Part shown: in pieces, positions 46,101 through 55,336 of the stretch | Position numbering within the stretch: the stretch's first letter is position 1 | How the letters are laid out: every line of letters begins with the position of its first letter | Assembly (NCBI GenBank): GCA_002344825.1 | Contig: DDUN01000006.1 | Span: 9,816-73,815, forward strand | Direction of reading: 5' to 3' | DNA from: Candidatus Multiplicimicrobium inquinatum | Lineage (GTDB): Bacteria; Omnitrophota; Omnitrophia; Omnitrophales; Aquincolibacteriaceae | Length of the DNA: 64,000 bases | Notes under the pieces: generated by a model | Databases searched by the model: none | Seen by the model: the letters and a program-made list of their open reading frames with translations, nothing else | What the model was told of the DNA's origin: nothing | Program-made: the position numbers and the translations under genes

Positions 46101-49090
46101 CGGAGTTTGCACACCGCAGTTTGAATCAAGGTGACCACAATGTCACGGTAAGTTTAGTGACGCAAGGTAACTTAAGATTGGTGGAAGGCTCGTTTGAAGT
46201 ATCTTTGATGAAGGGACAGGAAGGGGCAGACAGGAAATCAATTGCCAAGATTTATTGGGATCAAGAAACAGATAAGCTGAATGTCAGCGGCCAAGGATAT
46301 CAGCTGCCTGATAACATTCGTCCGGCACTTTTCTTTAATGAAGAAGCAAACACCTTAGAAATTAGTTTTGGCAATAATTTACCCGAGGGACTTGAAAACG
46401 TAATTTTCAGAGGCTCTGATGAGTCAGATGCCATCAAGGTTGCATTTGTTCGTTCCGAAGTACGAGAGTTTAAAACACTCAATTATGTTCAGCTTCGAGA
46501 TAATGAAGTTCAATCGGGGATTCGCTCAGTTTTGACCGCAGAGTATCACTCCATCCAATTTCAATTGAATGGTGTTAACGTTGAAAGCGCGATTGAGAGA
46601 ACCTCATCGGGTAATTTCCAAAATCAAACTTCGTTGATTGCGGCGCGTGTAATTAAGATTTGGGAGGAAGTTTCAGGGAAACGGAATGACTTTGGCGGAA
46701 CAATTTATGCCGCTGTTGAAGTTGCGAAAACGGGTGGCGCGGTTACCGTTTCTATTTTTACTCCTCGCTCCGAAGCACGTGTGGATCTTGGTAGCTTTCC
46801 TCATGAAATTTCCGTGAATAGTATTAATGCTTGGGCAAGTACTTGGGCAAAGGCATCCGGGCAAAGCGACGCTTGGATTGGTGATTTTGAGATGGTCGCA
46901 AAAAATGGGGTCGATTATCCTTCGTTTAGCGGTAAGGCGAGTGTCGGTAATTTTGCTCAAACTCTTTTTAAATCAGCTCAAGCGGCGGGTGTGATTGAAG
47001 CGGAAAAAACTTTTAATACGGAAAACCTTGTTCGGCTGGGAGCTATTTTAAGACAGAATTATGAGGCGATGAGCTACGACACATTCACTCCTTCTGATAT
47101 TGAAGCGGTGCGCCCCCCGCAACCCCAGTCTACGGATGATTCTGCCCGCTCCGAACAGATCTTGGCGGCGGCAGATTACGTGCGCAATCATGTTAAGCCA
47201 CAAGAATTGCAGGTAATTATTGAAACAATACGCAAGCATGGCGAACGGGAGCTTGCTGGCTTGAAAATAAATGCCATCAATGATCCGTTGCTTGAGGCAG
47301 AGAAAGCTATCTTGGAACAAGCAGGGCTTTTATCGCAAGATCGTTTAGGGGGGGCTTGGAACAAGCGTTTGCAAGCCGGGCAATTTTTATTAGCGGTGGC
47401 TGAGGAATTGGCTCTCAAACGTTCCGAAGCGAGGAGGGATTTTGCCCTTAAATATCAGATGGGGCAATCGACCGGGAGAGTGACCGTTTACGAAATAACC
47501 AATTTTCAATTAGGTGACCCCACGTACAATAGCCTAAAAGATATTTTAGCGATGGTAGATCCAAGTGCATCAGTTGAAGCCTATAACAAGGCGCAGCTTA
47601 CAGTTAACGCGTTTACTGGAGCCGTCGCTTTGACGCTCGGTAATGCACGACTAACCGTGCACTATGTTTTTTCTGAAGATTTGTCATGGCTTAACCCAAG
47701 CACATGGGTTCAGGTTGTGCCCAAGGGCAATTTTCAGGCAGAACTGGTTATGACTTCTGCCGCTGCTGATCGCCATCTTGCTCCCAATGAATTAGTTTTG
47801 CGTCTCGTGACGGCTCGTTCCGAAGCGCGGGTATTCGAATATGTTCTTCCAGATTCTAAGGAGAATCTTTCTGTTGCTGACGCGATTAAATTAGCGTGGG
47901 GTCGTTTTGTGGAAAGTGATGCGCCTGGCGCGGATGCAACGAGTTTTCAAATAGGGTTTCGTTTTGCAGGTTCGCCGGAAGTACTCGTGGTGACGGTTCC
48001 ACGAGGTCAAGAAGCGGAAGCAATTGAATCCGTTGTTGCCAAGCAATGGGATGATGCCACTAAACGGGAAAAATTTAAATTGCCTGAACCGGTCAACGGT
48101 AAATTGCCATCGGCGAAAACGCTCGAGAGCATTTCCATTACACCGGCACCGGCTATCCGCAGCGAAAGCCGTGCGCTAACGACTGAAGAAGAACAGGTGG
48201 TTCGAGACATTCTTAAGAGTTTTACGGAAGGAATTTTAACAATCGAACAGGCTGCGGTTGTCCTTCAGCTTAATAGTTTTACCGGCGAGCAAATTCGTCA
48301 AGTTGCCGCTGAAGTGTTGGGTTCTAATCTTAAAACCAGTGAAACAGCGGATGGTGGGGCTGACCTTGATCAGCTTTTGGGATTGGTGGACAAAGCTCAA
48401 ATTGGTTTTGGAAGAGGCTTTGCCGCGTTAGATCGCGGACAATTAACCAGTACAAAAAAAGTTCGAATGAAGCCGGTTTTGATTACGGCGCTTGGATTTG
48501 TGCATCTTGTGAATAATAATCGAAGCGCGGCATTGTCTCTGATTCAGCGGATTGTGTCCTCGGGAACCAAGATTGCTTTGGCGACCGAAGGAGCTGACAA
48601 AACAGAGCTTTTTGATCAGCTCGTTGATTTACTTGTTAACCGTGAATCTGGTTTTACAGGGAGTAAGGCAGATATGAAGGGCTTGCTCCTTCAGGCTCTT
48701 GACATGCGAGCTGATGCGGATGAGTTGGCTCAGTTTGCAGATGAAAATGACGGAAAATTTTCAAAACTGGATTTGGGTATTAATAGTGGCTTATTAGCCA
48801 GCGTGAAAGGCGGTTATCCTTTTGAACTTAAAAACGGAGATAGTCCGTTAAACGGTAAGGATCTTTGGGCTGCTGCTGCTGTGGGTGCTTTGCTGCCGAC
48901 TGCTATTGCTTCGTTAGGTGATGGAGAAATTACTGAGGATGAAGCAGAAGCAGCCTTAATGACTTTCTTTAATGGCCCTCAAACCATGTTGGGATTGCGC
49001 AAAAATGCTAATGGCAGTTATGGTTTTGGACCTCTTACAGAATTGCTTCAGGCGATTGTAATTGCCCAATATATCGAAATCATGGCGTAA
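43181..49090 (+). CDS. giant (1969 aa) secreted protein of unknown function with internal repeats
   Basis: A single uninterrupted ORF. It has a signal peptide (KIAATATALCVAFTQIAVAAPA), a Pro/Ala-rich linker (AQTPATPPAPAPLVVPAKIPVEAVPAG) and five to six repeats of R-S-E-[AVS]-R each preceded by a hydrophobic strand. A promoter-like AT-rich region lies upstream and an intrinsic terminator downstream. I recognise no known domain with confidence. Confidence 0.8.
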   Translation: MKTKISRLHKIAATATALCVAFTQIAVAAPAFSVSAREVSLPDTLRLDQAMQISVPSAVATVDKLIPGNGKTIFHIQTAHGQYQAEKQIEFLLAHLEKNYGVETLLMEGASEALNPEIINFFPEDRKSTLEVVDAFVRHSVISGPEVFLLNSGKTQGLGIEDEAVYEQNLQDFVSVVNARDAGGQFLSNLEIGIERLAALYLSSDARSFLKQVERKETGDVPFDIYLQQLRLAAEKYAGINLADASWQLLWPMLTRIFTIEKLEKKIDAAAFKKQKEDFLKAVKPYTSKAFDAHDSLYTEVEKLLNLKDLSARLPDPETSALFEALVRALPDNFNYGRFSSVTAFCGLLMLKSQLQIETLSDEITRMEDKIADRLAETKNAKALVSVLKDYRLLKKLFALELLPADFDKLTGFVSGETRGLTPMASNDVRPSALVKQVQQLNGNSRAKEVEFKNVAELDALYTLAVRFYEGARLRDTKMLERIEEHLDATGADKVAVVTGGFHSGPFAEYFEKRGYNYALMTPKLTTIDTQGRQNYLDVMQMWVDAPKNAASFNAGSISGSTIQPKPATPGILMRLASRVLNSFLFGRFRDVYVPRFAKAAMIPGVALMSPDAVAQTPATPPAPAPLVVPAKIPVEAVPAGSQTVARNITTALSARTPDFIAETDTLTPLQRRDIEKRKVIVSDKMKALENIELVNWGARLFVSVADVAFRDSEDVAVRKRALEVLVGFYRKYEMPDRGVTDQIAPRVMSELKFRNQADVATLKEPRIALIDAIVAVTQDAGVRQRGQRILDEGAAEKKKIAAEAAVLRAQQIDAQLAVIEDRQKRGYQNLYGLMVEATKALDFLISEGISDAEKQKITQSIAVGLSSPQNFPLKPRDSDGAMTSHRGTLSLMAWTLAKLPSPEALVILEKLKGKTENLQLQADIEQVIQTVKRELARSEARSTSSGQARLQIGKDFILSQDTNDGWTASRYDAEFAHRSLNQGDHNVTVSLVTQGNLRLVEGSFEVSLMKGQEGADRKSIAKIYWDQETDKLNVSGQGYQLPDNIRPALFFNEEANTLEISFGNNLPEGLENVIFRGSDESDAIKVAFVRSEVREFKTLNYVQLRDNEVQSGIRSVLTAEYHSIQFQLNGVNVESAIERTSSGNFQNQTSLIAARVIKIWEEVSGKRNDFGGTIYAAVEVAKTGGAVTVSIFTPRSEARVDLGSFPHEISVNSINAWASTWAKASGQSDAWIGDFEMVAKNGVDYPSFSGKASVGNFAQTLFKSAQAAGVIEAEKTFNTENLVRLGAILRQNYEAMSYDTFTPSDIEAVRPPQPQSTDDSARSEQILAAADYVRNHVKPQELQVIIETIRKHGERELAGLKINAINDPLLEAEKAILEQAGLLSQDRLGGAWNKRLQAGQFLLAVAEELALKRSEARRDFALKYQMGQSTGRVTVYEITNFQLGDPTYNSLKDILAMVDPSASVEAYNKAQLTVNAFTGAVALTLGNARLTVHYVFSEDLSWLNPSTWVQVVPKGNFQAELVMTSAAADRHLAPNELVLRLVTARSEARVFEYVLPDSKENLSVADAIKLAWGRFVESDAPGADATSFQIGFRFAGSPEVLVVTVPRGQEAEAIESVVAKQWDDATKREKFKLPEPVNGKLPSAKTLESISITPAPAIRSESRALTTEEEQVVRDILKSFTEGILTIEQAAVVLQLNSFTGEQIRQVAAEVLGSNLKTSETADGGADLDQLLGLVDKAQIGFGRGFAALDRGQLTSTKKVRMKPVLITALGFVHLVNNNRSAALSLIQRIVSSGTKIALATEGADKTELFDQLVDLLVNRESGFTGSKADMKGLLLQALDMRADADELAQFADENDGKFSKLDLGINSGLLASVKGGYPFELKNGDSPLNGKDLWAAAAVGALLPTAIASLGDGEITEDEAEAALMTFFNGPQTMLGLRKNANGSYGFGPLTELLQAIVIAQYIEIMA

Positions 49091-49133
49091 AAGTTACCTT
49101 TCGTTAGGCTGAGACAAGCCCCAAACAAGATGC

Positions 49134-49174
49134 CCGTCGGCGAAGCGATTTGCCGGCGGTTTTTCTTTTTTTTT
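49134..49174 (+). terminator. Rho-independent terminator after the giant gene
   Basis: CCGTCGGC-gaagcgattt-GCCGGCGG (8 bp including one G-U pair) is followed by TTTTTCTTTTTTTTTG. Confidence 0.75.
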
Positions 49175-49251
49175 GATCATTCTTTCCTCAGGCTTTAATC
49201 CCTGCTAAAATACGCGGTCTTTCAAGCGCATAGTTGCAACACGAGGTTTTT

Positions 49252-50460
49252 GTGTTTAAAACGGCCGAAGAACAGCTCCAAATCATCGGGGATGGCTTAG
49301 TTGATTTAATTTCTCGTGAAGAGTTATTGAAGAAGCTTGAGTATTCGCGCTCCAAAAACAAGCCGTTGCGCGTTAAATACGGCGCTGATCCATCCGCGCC
49401 GGACCTTCATCTCGGACATACAGTTCCGCTCCGCAAGTTACGTCAATTTCAGGAGTTGGGGCATTTGGTGGTATTTATTATCGGTGATTTTACCGCCCGG
49501 ATTGGTGATCCGTCTCACAAATCCGAGACGCGTCCTATGCTTTCCGAAGAGCAAATCAAAGAAAACGCGCTGACTTATCAGGAACAGGTTTTTAAAATTT
49601 TGGATAAATCCAAGACGGAAGTCCGTTATAACTCGGAATGGCTTGCGAAAATGAACGCGGGAGATTTTTTGACTTTAACTTCCAAATATACCGTGGCGCG
49701 CCTGCTTGAACGCGATGATTTTAAAAAACGGTATGAATCGGGCAAGCCGATTGCGCTGGTTGAATTTATGTACCCCATGCTTCAGGGGTGGGATTCGGTG
49801 ATGATTAAGTCGGATATTGAAATTGGCGGAACCGATCAGACATTTAATCTTTTGGTCGGCCGTGAATTGCAAAACCGCGAGGGACAGCCGCAGCAGGTGG
49901 TGATGACTTTGCCGATTATTGAGGGAACCGATGGAGTACAAAAAATGTCCAAATCTTTGGGCAACCATATCGGCGTTAAAGATGCTCCGAAGGAAATGTT
50001 CGGAAAAATTATGTCCATTCCCGATAGTTTGATTGAACGTTATTACCGCTATTTGAGCGCGTTGCCTAAGCCGGATGTCGAAGCGGTGGCTGTTGAACTT
50101 AAATCGGGCGTGAATCCGCGCGATATCAAAGCCCGTTTGGGTGAGCGCATGGTGGAGCTTTTTCATTCAGCCGAAGCTGGTCGGCAGGCGCATACTGAGT
50201 TTAATGAGATTTTTAAGAATAAGGGATTGCCCGATGAAATTGCGGAATTTGAAGTTGCCGCGGGAATGGATTTGATTTCTTTGCTTGTGCATTGTGCTTT
50301 GGCTCCTTCTAAATCTGAAGCAAAACGCGCTTTGGAAGCGGGTGCCGTGAAGATTGACCAGCAAAAGGCGAGCGACGCTAAATTGGTTTTAGACCTGTCC
50401 AGTCCCGTGATCCTTCAAAACGGCAAGCGCAAATTCGCGCGTGTTAAGCTGGTTTCCTGA
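49252..50460 (+). CDS. tyrS: tyrosyl-tRNA synthetase
   Basis: Carries the HIGH-like motif (DLHLGHTV), KMSKS and a C-terminal S4-like domain. A GTG start at 49252 has GAGG 4 nt upstream; the longer TTG start at 49234 is also possible. Confidence 0.85.
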   Translation: MFKTAEEQLQIIGDGLVDLISREELLKKLEYSRSKNKPLRVKYGADPSAPDLHLGHTVPLRKLRQFQELGHLVVFIIGDFTARIGDPSHKSETRPMLSEEQIKENALTYQEQVFKILDKSKTEVRYNSEWLAKMNAGDFLTLTSKYTVARLLERDDFKKRYESGKPIALVEFMYPMLQGWDSVMIKSDIEIGGTDQTFNLLVGRELQNREGQPQQVVMTLPIIEGTDGVQKMSKSLGNHIGVKDAPKEMFGKIMSIPDSLIERYYRYLSALPKPDVEAVAVELKSGVNPRDIKARLGERMVELFHSAEAGRQAHTEFNEIFKNKGLPDEIAEFEVAAGMDLISLLVHCALAPSKSEAKRALEAGAVKIDQQKASDAKLVLDLSSPVILQNGKRKFARVKLVS

Positions 50461-50462
50461 TC

Positions 50463-51404
50463 ATGGCGCAAATTCTTCAGGTTGAAGATGTTTCAAAGAA
50501 ATTTGCCTCGCGCTTAGCTGTCAACCAACTCACTCTTTCTATTTCTTCCGGAGAAATTGTCGGATTTTTAGGCCCGAATGGTGCGGGAAAAACAACCGCG
50601 ATGCGGATGATATGCGGCTTTTTTCCGCCTTCTTCGGGGCGTATTCTGATTGATGGAGTGGATATTCAGCAGGAGCCGACAACCGCAAAAAAAATGATCG
50701 GCTACTTACCCGAAACGGTCAGTCTTTACGGTGATATGCGCGTGGTGGAGTATCTTAACTTTGTCGCGGCGGTGAAAGGAGTTGGTTTCTTGAGTCGCGC
50801 CAAAGCGGTTAAAGAAAAAATTGAGCAGTGCGGATTAGGTGACGTCAGTAAACGGCTGATCGGACGTTTATCCAAGGGCTTTAAACAGCGCGTCGGATTA
50901 GCGCAGGCTTTGCTGGGAGATCCGAAGTTACTTGTGCTGGATGAGCCAACTTCCGGATTAGATCCCAAACAAATTTCAGATATTCGCGCCTTGATTCACG
51001 GTTTAAAAAAAGATCGCGCGGTTCTTTTCTCGACGCACATTTTGCCCGAAGTGAGCATGCTTTGTAGCCGCGTGGTGATGCTGGATCAGGGACGAGTGCT
51101 GGCCAGCGGAACGGTTGAAGAGTTAGAAGCGCATTTGTCCGAAGATTTTCAAATTCAGGTGACCATTTTGGGCCGTTCCAAAACAACGGAAGCAGTGCAT
51201 GTTTTGCAGGGGATAGAAGGTTTAAAAGACATTCATTTTGTAGTTGCAGAAAGTGAACAGGTTGTTTTGACCTGTCGTGCTCCCGCCCAATTGGAATTTC
51301 GTAATGTGATTACCGAAAGATTATCAAAACAGGGTATTTCGGTGATTGAAATTAAACGTGAACAGTTAACCCTTGAAGAAATTTTCCTAAGACTTTTAAA
51401 ATGA
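50463..51404 (+). CDS. ABC transporter ATP-binding protein (GldA-like / ABC-2 type)
   Basis: Walker A (GPNGAGKTT), the signature (LSKGFKQRV) and Walker B (LVLDEPTSGLD) are present. Confidence 0.85.
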   Translation: MAQILQVEDVSKKFASRLAVNQLTLSISSGEIVGFLGPNGAGKTTAMRMICGFFPPSSGRILIDGVDIQQEPTTAKKMIGYLPETVSLYGDMRVVEYLNFVAAVKGVGFLSRAKAVKEKIEQCGLGDVSKRLIGRLSKGFKQRVGLAQALLGDPKLLVLDEPTSGLDPKQISDIRALIHGLKKDRAVLFSTHILPEVSMLCSRVVMLDQGRVLASGTVEELEAHLSEDFQIQVTILGRSKTTEAVHVLQGIEGLKDIHFVVAESEQVVLTCRAPAQLEFRNVITERLSKQGISVIEIKREQLTLEEIFLRLLK

Positions 51405-52177
51405 AAAATATTTTGTATTTAGCGCGCAAAGAATTTTCATCCTATTTTCACACCTGGCAGGGTGTGTTTCTGACATTGTTTTTCTTTTTGGTGTCCGGCC
51501 TCTTTTTTTCTTTGCTAATTTTGGGATACGCCAAGATGTCGATGGGGCAGATGGGCGAACAGTTGGCGCAAGCGGGCGTGAATCAAACTGATTATATTTT
51601 CGGGTCTTTTTTTATGAATCTTTCCACTTTGCTCATTTTTATCGCGCCGGTTTTGACGATGCGCGGCTTTGCGGAAGAAAGACGCGACCAGACCTTGGAG
51701 CTATTGTTCACCTATCCGCTTTCAGACCGCGAAATTGTATTGGGAAAGTTTCTCGGACAAGTCTGGATGTTTGAATTGCTGTGCGTGCCTTTGCTGGGGT
51801 ATGGCTTGGTGGCTCAGCTGGCCGGAGCCGATTTTGACTGGCGTGTTGTGCTTTTGGCTTTCGTTGGTTTTTGGATTTTAGGATTGGCGTATCTTTCGCT
51901 GGGGTTCTTCATTTCCACTTTAACTAAAAGCCCTGTGCTTTCCGCCGTCGCGACCTTCGGCGTTTTCTTGATTTTTTGGGTCTTGGAATGGGCTTCTAAA
52001 GTTTCGGATGGATGGATTGCCCAGTTTTTTCAGGAAGTATCGCCGCTTGATCATTACCGGTATTTTACGATGGGGCAAATTCATTTTCAGCATGCCGGTT
52101 ATTTTGTTTTAACGATTTTTTTCTTTTTAACGATGTCGGTGATGTCGATTTCCACTCGCAACTGGAAAAGTTCTTAA
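51401..52177 (+). CDS. ABC-2 family permease (GldF-like)
   Basis: Has six predicted TM helices and overlaps the ATPase gene stop. Confidence 0.7.
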   Translation: MKNILYLARKEFSSYFHTWQGVFLTLFFFLVSGLFFSLLILGYAKMSMGQMGEQLAQAGVNQTDYIFGSFFMNLSTLLIFIAPVLTMRGFAEERRDQTLELLFTYPLSDREIVLGKFLGQVWMFELLCVPLLGYGLVAQLAGADFDWRVVLLAFVGFWILGLAYLSLGFFISTLTKSPVLSAVATFGVFLIFWVLEWASKVSDGWIAQFFQEVSPLDHYRYFTMGQIHFQHAGYFVLTIFFFLTMSVMSISTRNWKSS

Positions 52178-53527
52178 ATGAAACAGCTTTGGTATCGTTT
52201 TCAATTTTTACTGGTGACGATGTTGCTGAGCGCGACGGTCGTTATGGCGTACTTAGTTGTGCGCCAAAGCAGCTGGTCTTATGACGTCACGCGCGAAAAA
52301 GTACATTCGCTTCCGGATGAAACCGTACGGGTATTGAAGCAGCTTGCGGGTAAGCCGATTGAAGTCATTGCGTTTTACCCCAAAGATGATCCGGCGCGTG
52401 AGCCCCTTACTTTGTTTCTCAAGCAGGTTCAAGCTGAGCACCCTCATTTTCAATTTAATCTTTATGACCCTGAGCGCCGGCCTAAGCTGGCTGAGCAGTA
52501 CAAAATCGATCAAAACTACACAACATTGATCCGTTCCGGAGAGCATGAAGAGCGTGTGTATTTTTTCAATGAACAAATTTTTACAAACGCGCTTTTCCGC
52601 ATCGCGCATCCCCGTAAATTGGATCTTTGTTTTACGACAGGACGGCAAGAGCTCGCGCTTGAAAGCCGTGAGCGCGAGGGCGGGGCTTCTTTGGTGAAAA
52701 ATTTACAAAACGGAGAAGTGAGTGTTTATCCGATTGTTCTCGCGCGAGATGGTATTCCCGAGTCCTGTTCCGTTACCGTGGTGGCGGGGCCGCATCAGGA
52801 GTTCACTCCCGAAGAGTTTGACAAGCTCAAGCAAGCTTTTGAAAAAGGAAGAAGCCTTGTGTTTTTGATTGATCCGATGGATTTGGGAGCGGGCCGTAAG
52901 TTTATGGATTTCTTCGCTGCTTTCGGCGTCAAAATCGGTGAAAACGTTTTAGTGGATAAGACAAGCCGGATTGTTGGCGGAGACTTTTTAATGCCGGTAG
53001 TCATGAACTACTCAAAGCATGAGGCCGTGCGCCGTTTGAGTGAGCCGTCTTTTTTTCCGGTGGTCCGCACGGTTCAGCCGTCGGTGGATGCTCCTGATCA
53101 CTTGGAAGTTTCTCCCTTAGCTTTCACCAGTGAAGGAAGCTGGGCTGAAACGGATTTAGCGCTTTTAGAAGACGGAAAGTCCAGTTTTGATGTGAAGCAA
53201 GACGTCGCGGGGCCACTGCCTATTGCAGTCGCGGTTGAGACTAAAAAAGGGGACGGCGGGCGCATGGTGATTGTGGGCGACAGTGACTTTATGACGAATG
53301 GTTATTTACCGCTTTCACAGAATTTAAATTTTGCCATGGAGATATTGAAGTGGGCGGGGCGCGACAGCCGGTTTATTCATGTGCATACGCGGCGCGCGGA
53401 GTTCAAACCGCTGTTGCTGAAAGAGTTTGAAAAGCAGGGATTGCTTGTTTTACTTTTACTTTTTTATCCGTTGGCGCTATTTATTCCGGTCGGGGTTTAT
53501 TTAATTATTCGTTCACGCACGGCTTGA
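52178..53527 (+). CDS. ABC-transporter auxiliary component (GldG-like, ABC_transp_aux)
   Basis: An N-terminal TM helix, a large extracytoplasmic domain and a C-terminal TM helix. It sits immediately after the ABC-2 ATPase/permease pair. Confidence 0.55.
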   Translation: MKQLWYRFQFLLVTMLLSATVVMAYLVVRQSSWSYDVTREKVHSLPDETVRVLKQLAGKPIEVIAFYPKDDPAREPLTLFLKQVQAEHPHFQFNLYDPERRPKLAEQYKIDQNYTTLIRSGEHEERVYFFNEQIFTNALFRIAHPRKLDLCFTTGRQELALESREREGGASLVKNLQNGEVSVYPIVLARDGIPESCSVTVVAGPHQEFTPEEFDKLKQAFEKGRSLVFLIDPMDLGAGRKFMDFFAAFGVKIGENVLVDKTSRIVGGDFLMPVVMNYSKHEAVRRLSEPSFFPVVRTVQPSVDAPDHLEVSPLAFTSEGSWAETDLALLEDGKSSFDVKQDVAGPLPIAVAVETKKGDGGRMVIVGDSDFMTNGYLPLSQNLNFAMEILKWAGRDSRFIHVHTRRAEFKPLLLKEFEKQGLLVLLLLFYPLALFIPVGVYLIIRSRTA

Positions 53528-53536
53528 GTTTCTAAA

Positions 53537-54613
53537 ATGAAATTAAAACACACAATTTTTTTCACCCTTCTTTTTTTTATTGTTTTGGGAATTTATCTTT
53601 CTCAAACACAGAAACAATCTCAAAAAATCGCCGAGATTCAAAAGGCCAGTGAGGACTTTACAGTTCAGGTTGAGGAAAAAGGTTTCGAGCTTAAAAAAGA
53701 TGAAATCATTAACTTTATCCAAGTTCAGGACACGGTAAAAGAAGAAGCTTTTTGGCTTGAGTACCAATCCCCTCATTGGAATTTGGTTTATCCCGCCCGC
53801 GCGTTAGCTGATCAGTCATTGGCGCAGGGCATGGCCGGAATGGTTAAAATGGCGATGAGCCAAAAACTGGTGCGGCCTGAGGCTGATTGGGAGGAGTATG
53901 GCTTAAAAGATCCTGATATGAAAATAGGGGTGGGTACTTCATCGGGACCCGATCGTCATTTTCTTTACCTCGGAAAAAACGCGCCTTTGGGAGATGTTGT
54001 CTTCGCAAGATGGGATGATAAGCAGGCTTATTTTACGCTTCCCTCGGCGGTCAAAGATGCGTTCCGAAAAACAGCTTATGAGATGCGGGAGAAACGCGTT
54101 TTTTTAACCCCTTTACCTAAGATGGACAAAATTACGGTGGCGTTGGGGGAGCGTTCTTTTGAATGGGTTTTAAAAAATGGCGCATGGTATTGGATGGAGC
54201 CGCTTGATTTGTTGGGAAAGCCTATGGCCGAAGATCAAATGACGGCAGTGATTCAAATTTTATCACGGCTTTACGCCAAAGAATTTATCGCTGAATCGGA
54301 TCAGGCAAAGCTGGGCTCGAAAGTCGATATGATTGGAGACCGAATTTTGATTCGCTCGGGAAGTCAAAATGAAACTGTCTTTATCGGAGACGAAGAGCCT
54401 TTAAAAACCGCTTATTATGCCCGCCGTGAAAGCGATAAGAATTTGTTTTTAATTGATCAAACCAAGGTGATTGAAATTTTAGATTTGGTGGATGCCTTGG
54501 ACAAACTTAATCATCCGGATCCGATTAAGGCACTCAAGAGTGAGGGGGAAGAAAACACTTCCGGTGGTGCTAGTCCGCCGGACGGCACCCCCGCATCCGT
54601 TTCAGCCGCATGA
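53537..54613 (+). CDS. DUF4340-like protein (N-terminal TM anchor), a common partner of GldG-like components
   Basis: The call rests on architecture and gene context. It is tentative. Confidence 0.4.
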   Translation: MKLKHTIFFTLLFFIVLGIYLSQTQKQSQKIAEIQKASEDFTVQVEEKGFELKKDEIINFIQVQDTVKEEAFWLEYQSPHWNLVYPARALADQSLAQGMAGMVKMAMSQKLVRPEADWEEYGLKDPDMKIGVGTSSGPDRHFLYLGKNAPLGDVVFARWDDKQAYFTLPSAVKDAFRKTAYEMREKRVFLTPLPKMDKITVALGERSFEWVLKNGAWYWMEPLDLLGKPMAEDQMTAVIQILSRLYAKEFIAESDQAKLGSKVDMIGDRILIRSGSQNETVFIGDEEPLKTAYYARRESDKNLFLIDQTKVIEILDLVDALDKLNHPDPIKALKSEGEENTSGGASPPDGTPASVSAA

Positions 54614-55311
54614 GCGTTTCGATTCAAGATGCTTGGCAAAACATTCAAACACGGATTAAAAAAGCGTGTGATGTCTCCGGGCGAGTACCCTCCGAAGTGG
54701 AAGTGGTTGCTGTAACCAAGACATTTGATGCCGAAGTTGTCAGGCAGGCTTATGACTTAGGATTGCGGCAATTCGGTGAAAATAAGGTTCAAGAGCTTTT
54801 GGATAAAAAGGTGAGTTTGCCTTCAGATAGCCGCTGGCATATGATCGGAAGACTGCAAACCAATAAGGTGAAAATGGTTTTGGGACAAACGGTTCTGATT
54901 CACTCTTTGGACCGGACGGAATTATTTGATAAGATTTTAAGCGAGGCCGAAAAACAAAAGATTGGTTCGGTGGAATGTCTTTTGCAGGTCAATATCAGCG
55001 GTGAAGCCACCAAGGCGGGCTTTACGCCGAAACAAGCGGCGCTTTTTCTTGGCGGTCTTCAAGGCGGATTGCCGGTTCGGATCGCTGGTTTAATGACGAT
55101 GGCGCCTTTGACCGAGAATCGCGATGAAATTCGGGCTGTTTTCAGAAAAGCCCGCGAGCTTTTCTCTGAATGGAAAAAAGAATTTCCGGAAAATCCGTGG
55201 AAGCATTTGTCGATGGGTATGTCGGGTGATTACGAGGTTGCGGTTGAAGAGGGCGCCACTTTAGTTCGAATTGGTACGGCTCTTTTCGGACACCGCGCCG
55301 GAATGGTTTGA
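54610..55311 (+). CDS. yggS: YggS family pyridoxal-phosphate homeostasis protein
   Basis: Carries VVAVTKT (the PLP lysine), GENKVQE and MGMSGD. Confidence 0.85.
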   Translation: MSVSIQDAWQNIQTRIKKACDVSGRVPSEVEVVAVTKTFDAEVVRQAYDLGLRQFGENKVQELLDKKVSLPSDSRWHMIGRLQTNKVKMVLGQTVLIHSLDRTELFDKILSEAEKQKIGSVECLLQVNISGEATKAGFTPKQAALFLGGLQGGLPVRIAGLMTMAPLTENRDEIRAVFRKARELFSEWKKEFPENPWKHLSMGMSGDYEVAVEEGATLVRIGTALFGHRAGMV

Positions 55312-55336
55312 AAAAATCTGAGGGAAGATTAAAGGA

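Noticed and set aside
49675-50166. 163-aa minus-strand ORF
   Set aside because: It is antisense to tyrS, where KMSKS and the S4 domain are present on the + strand.
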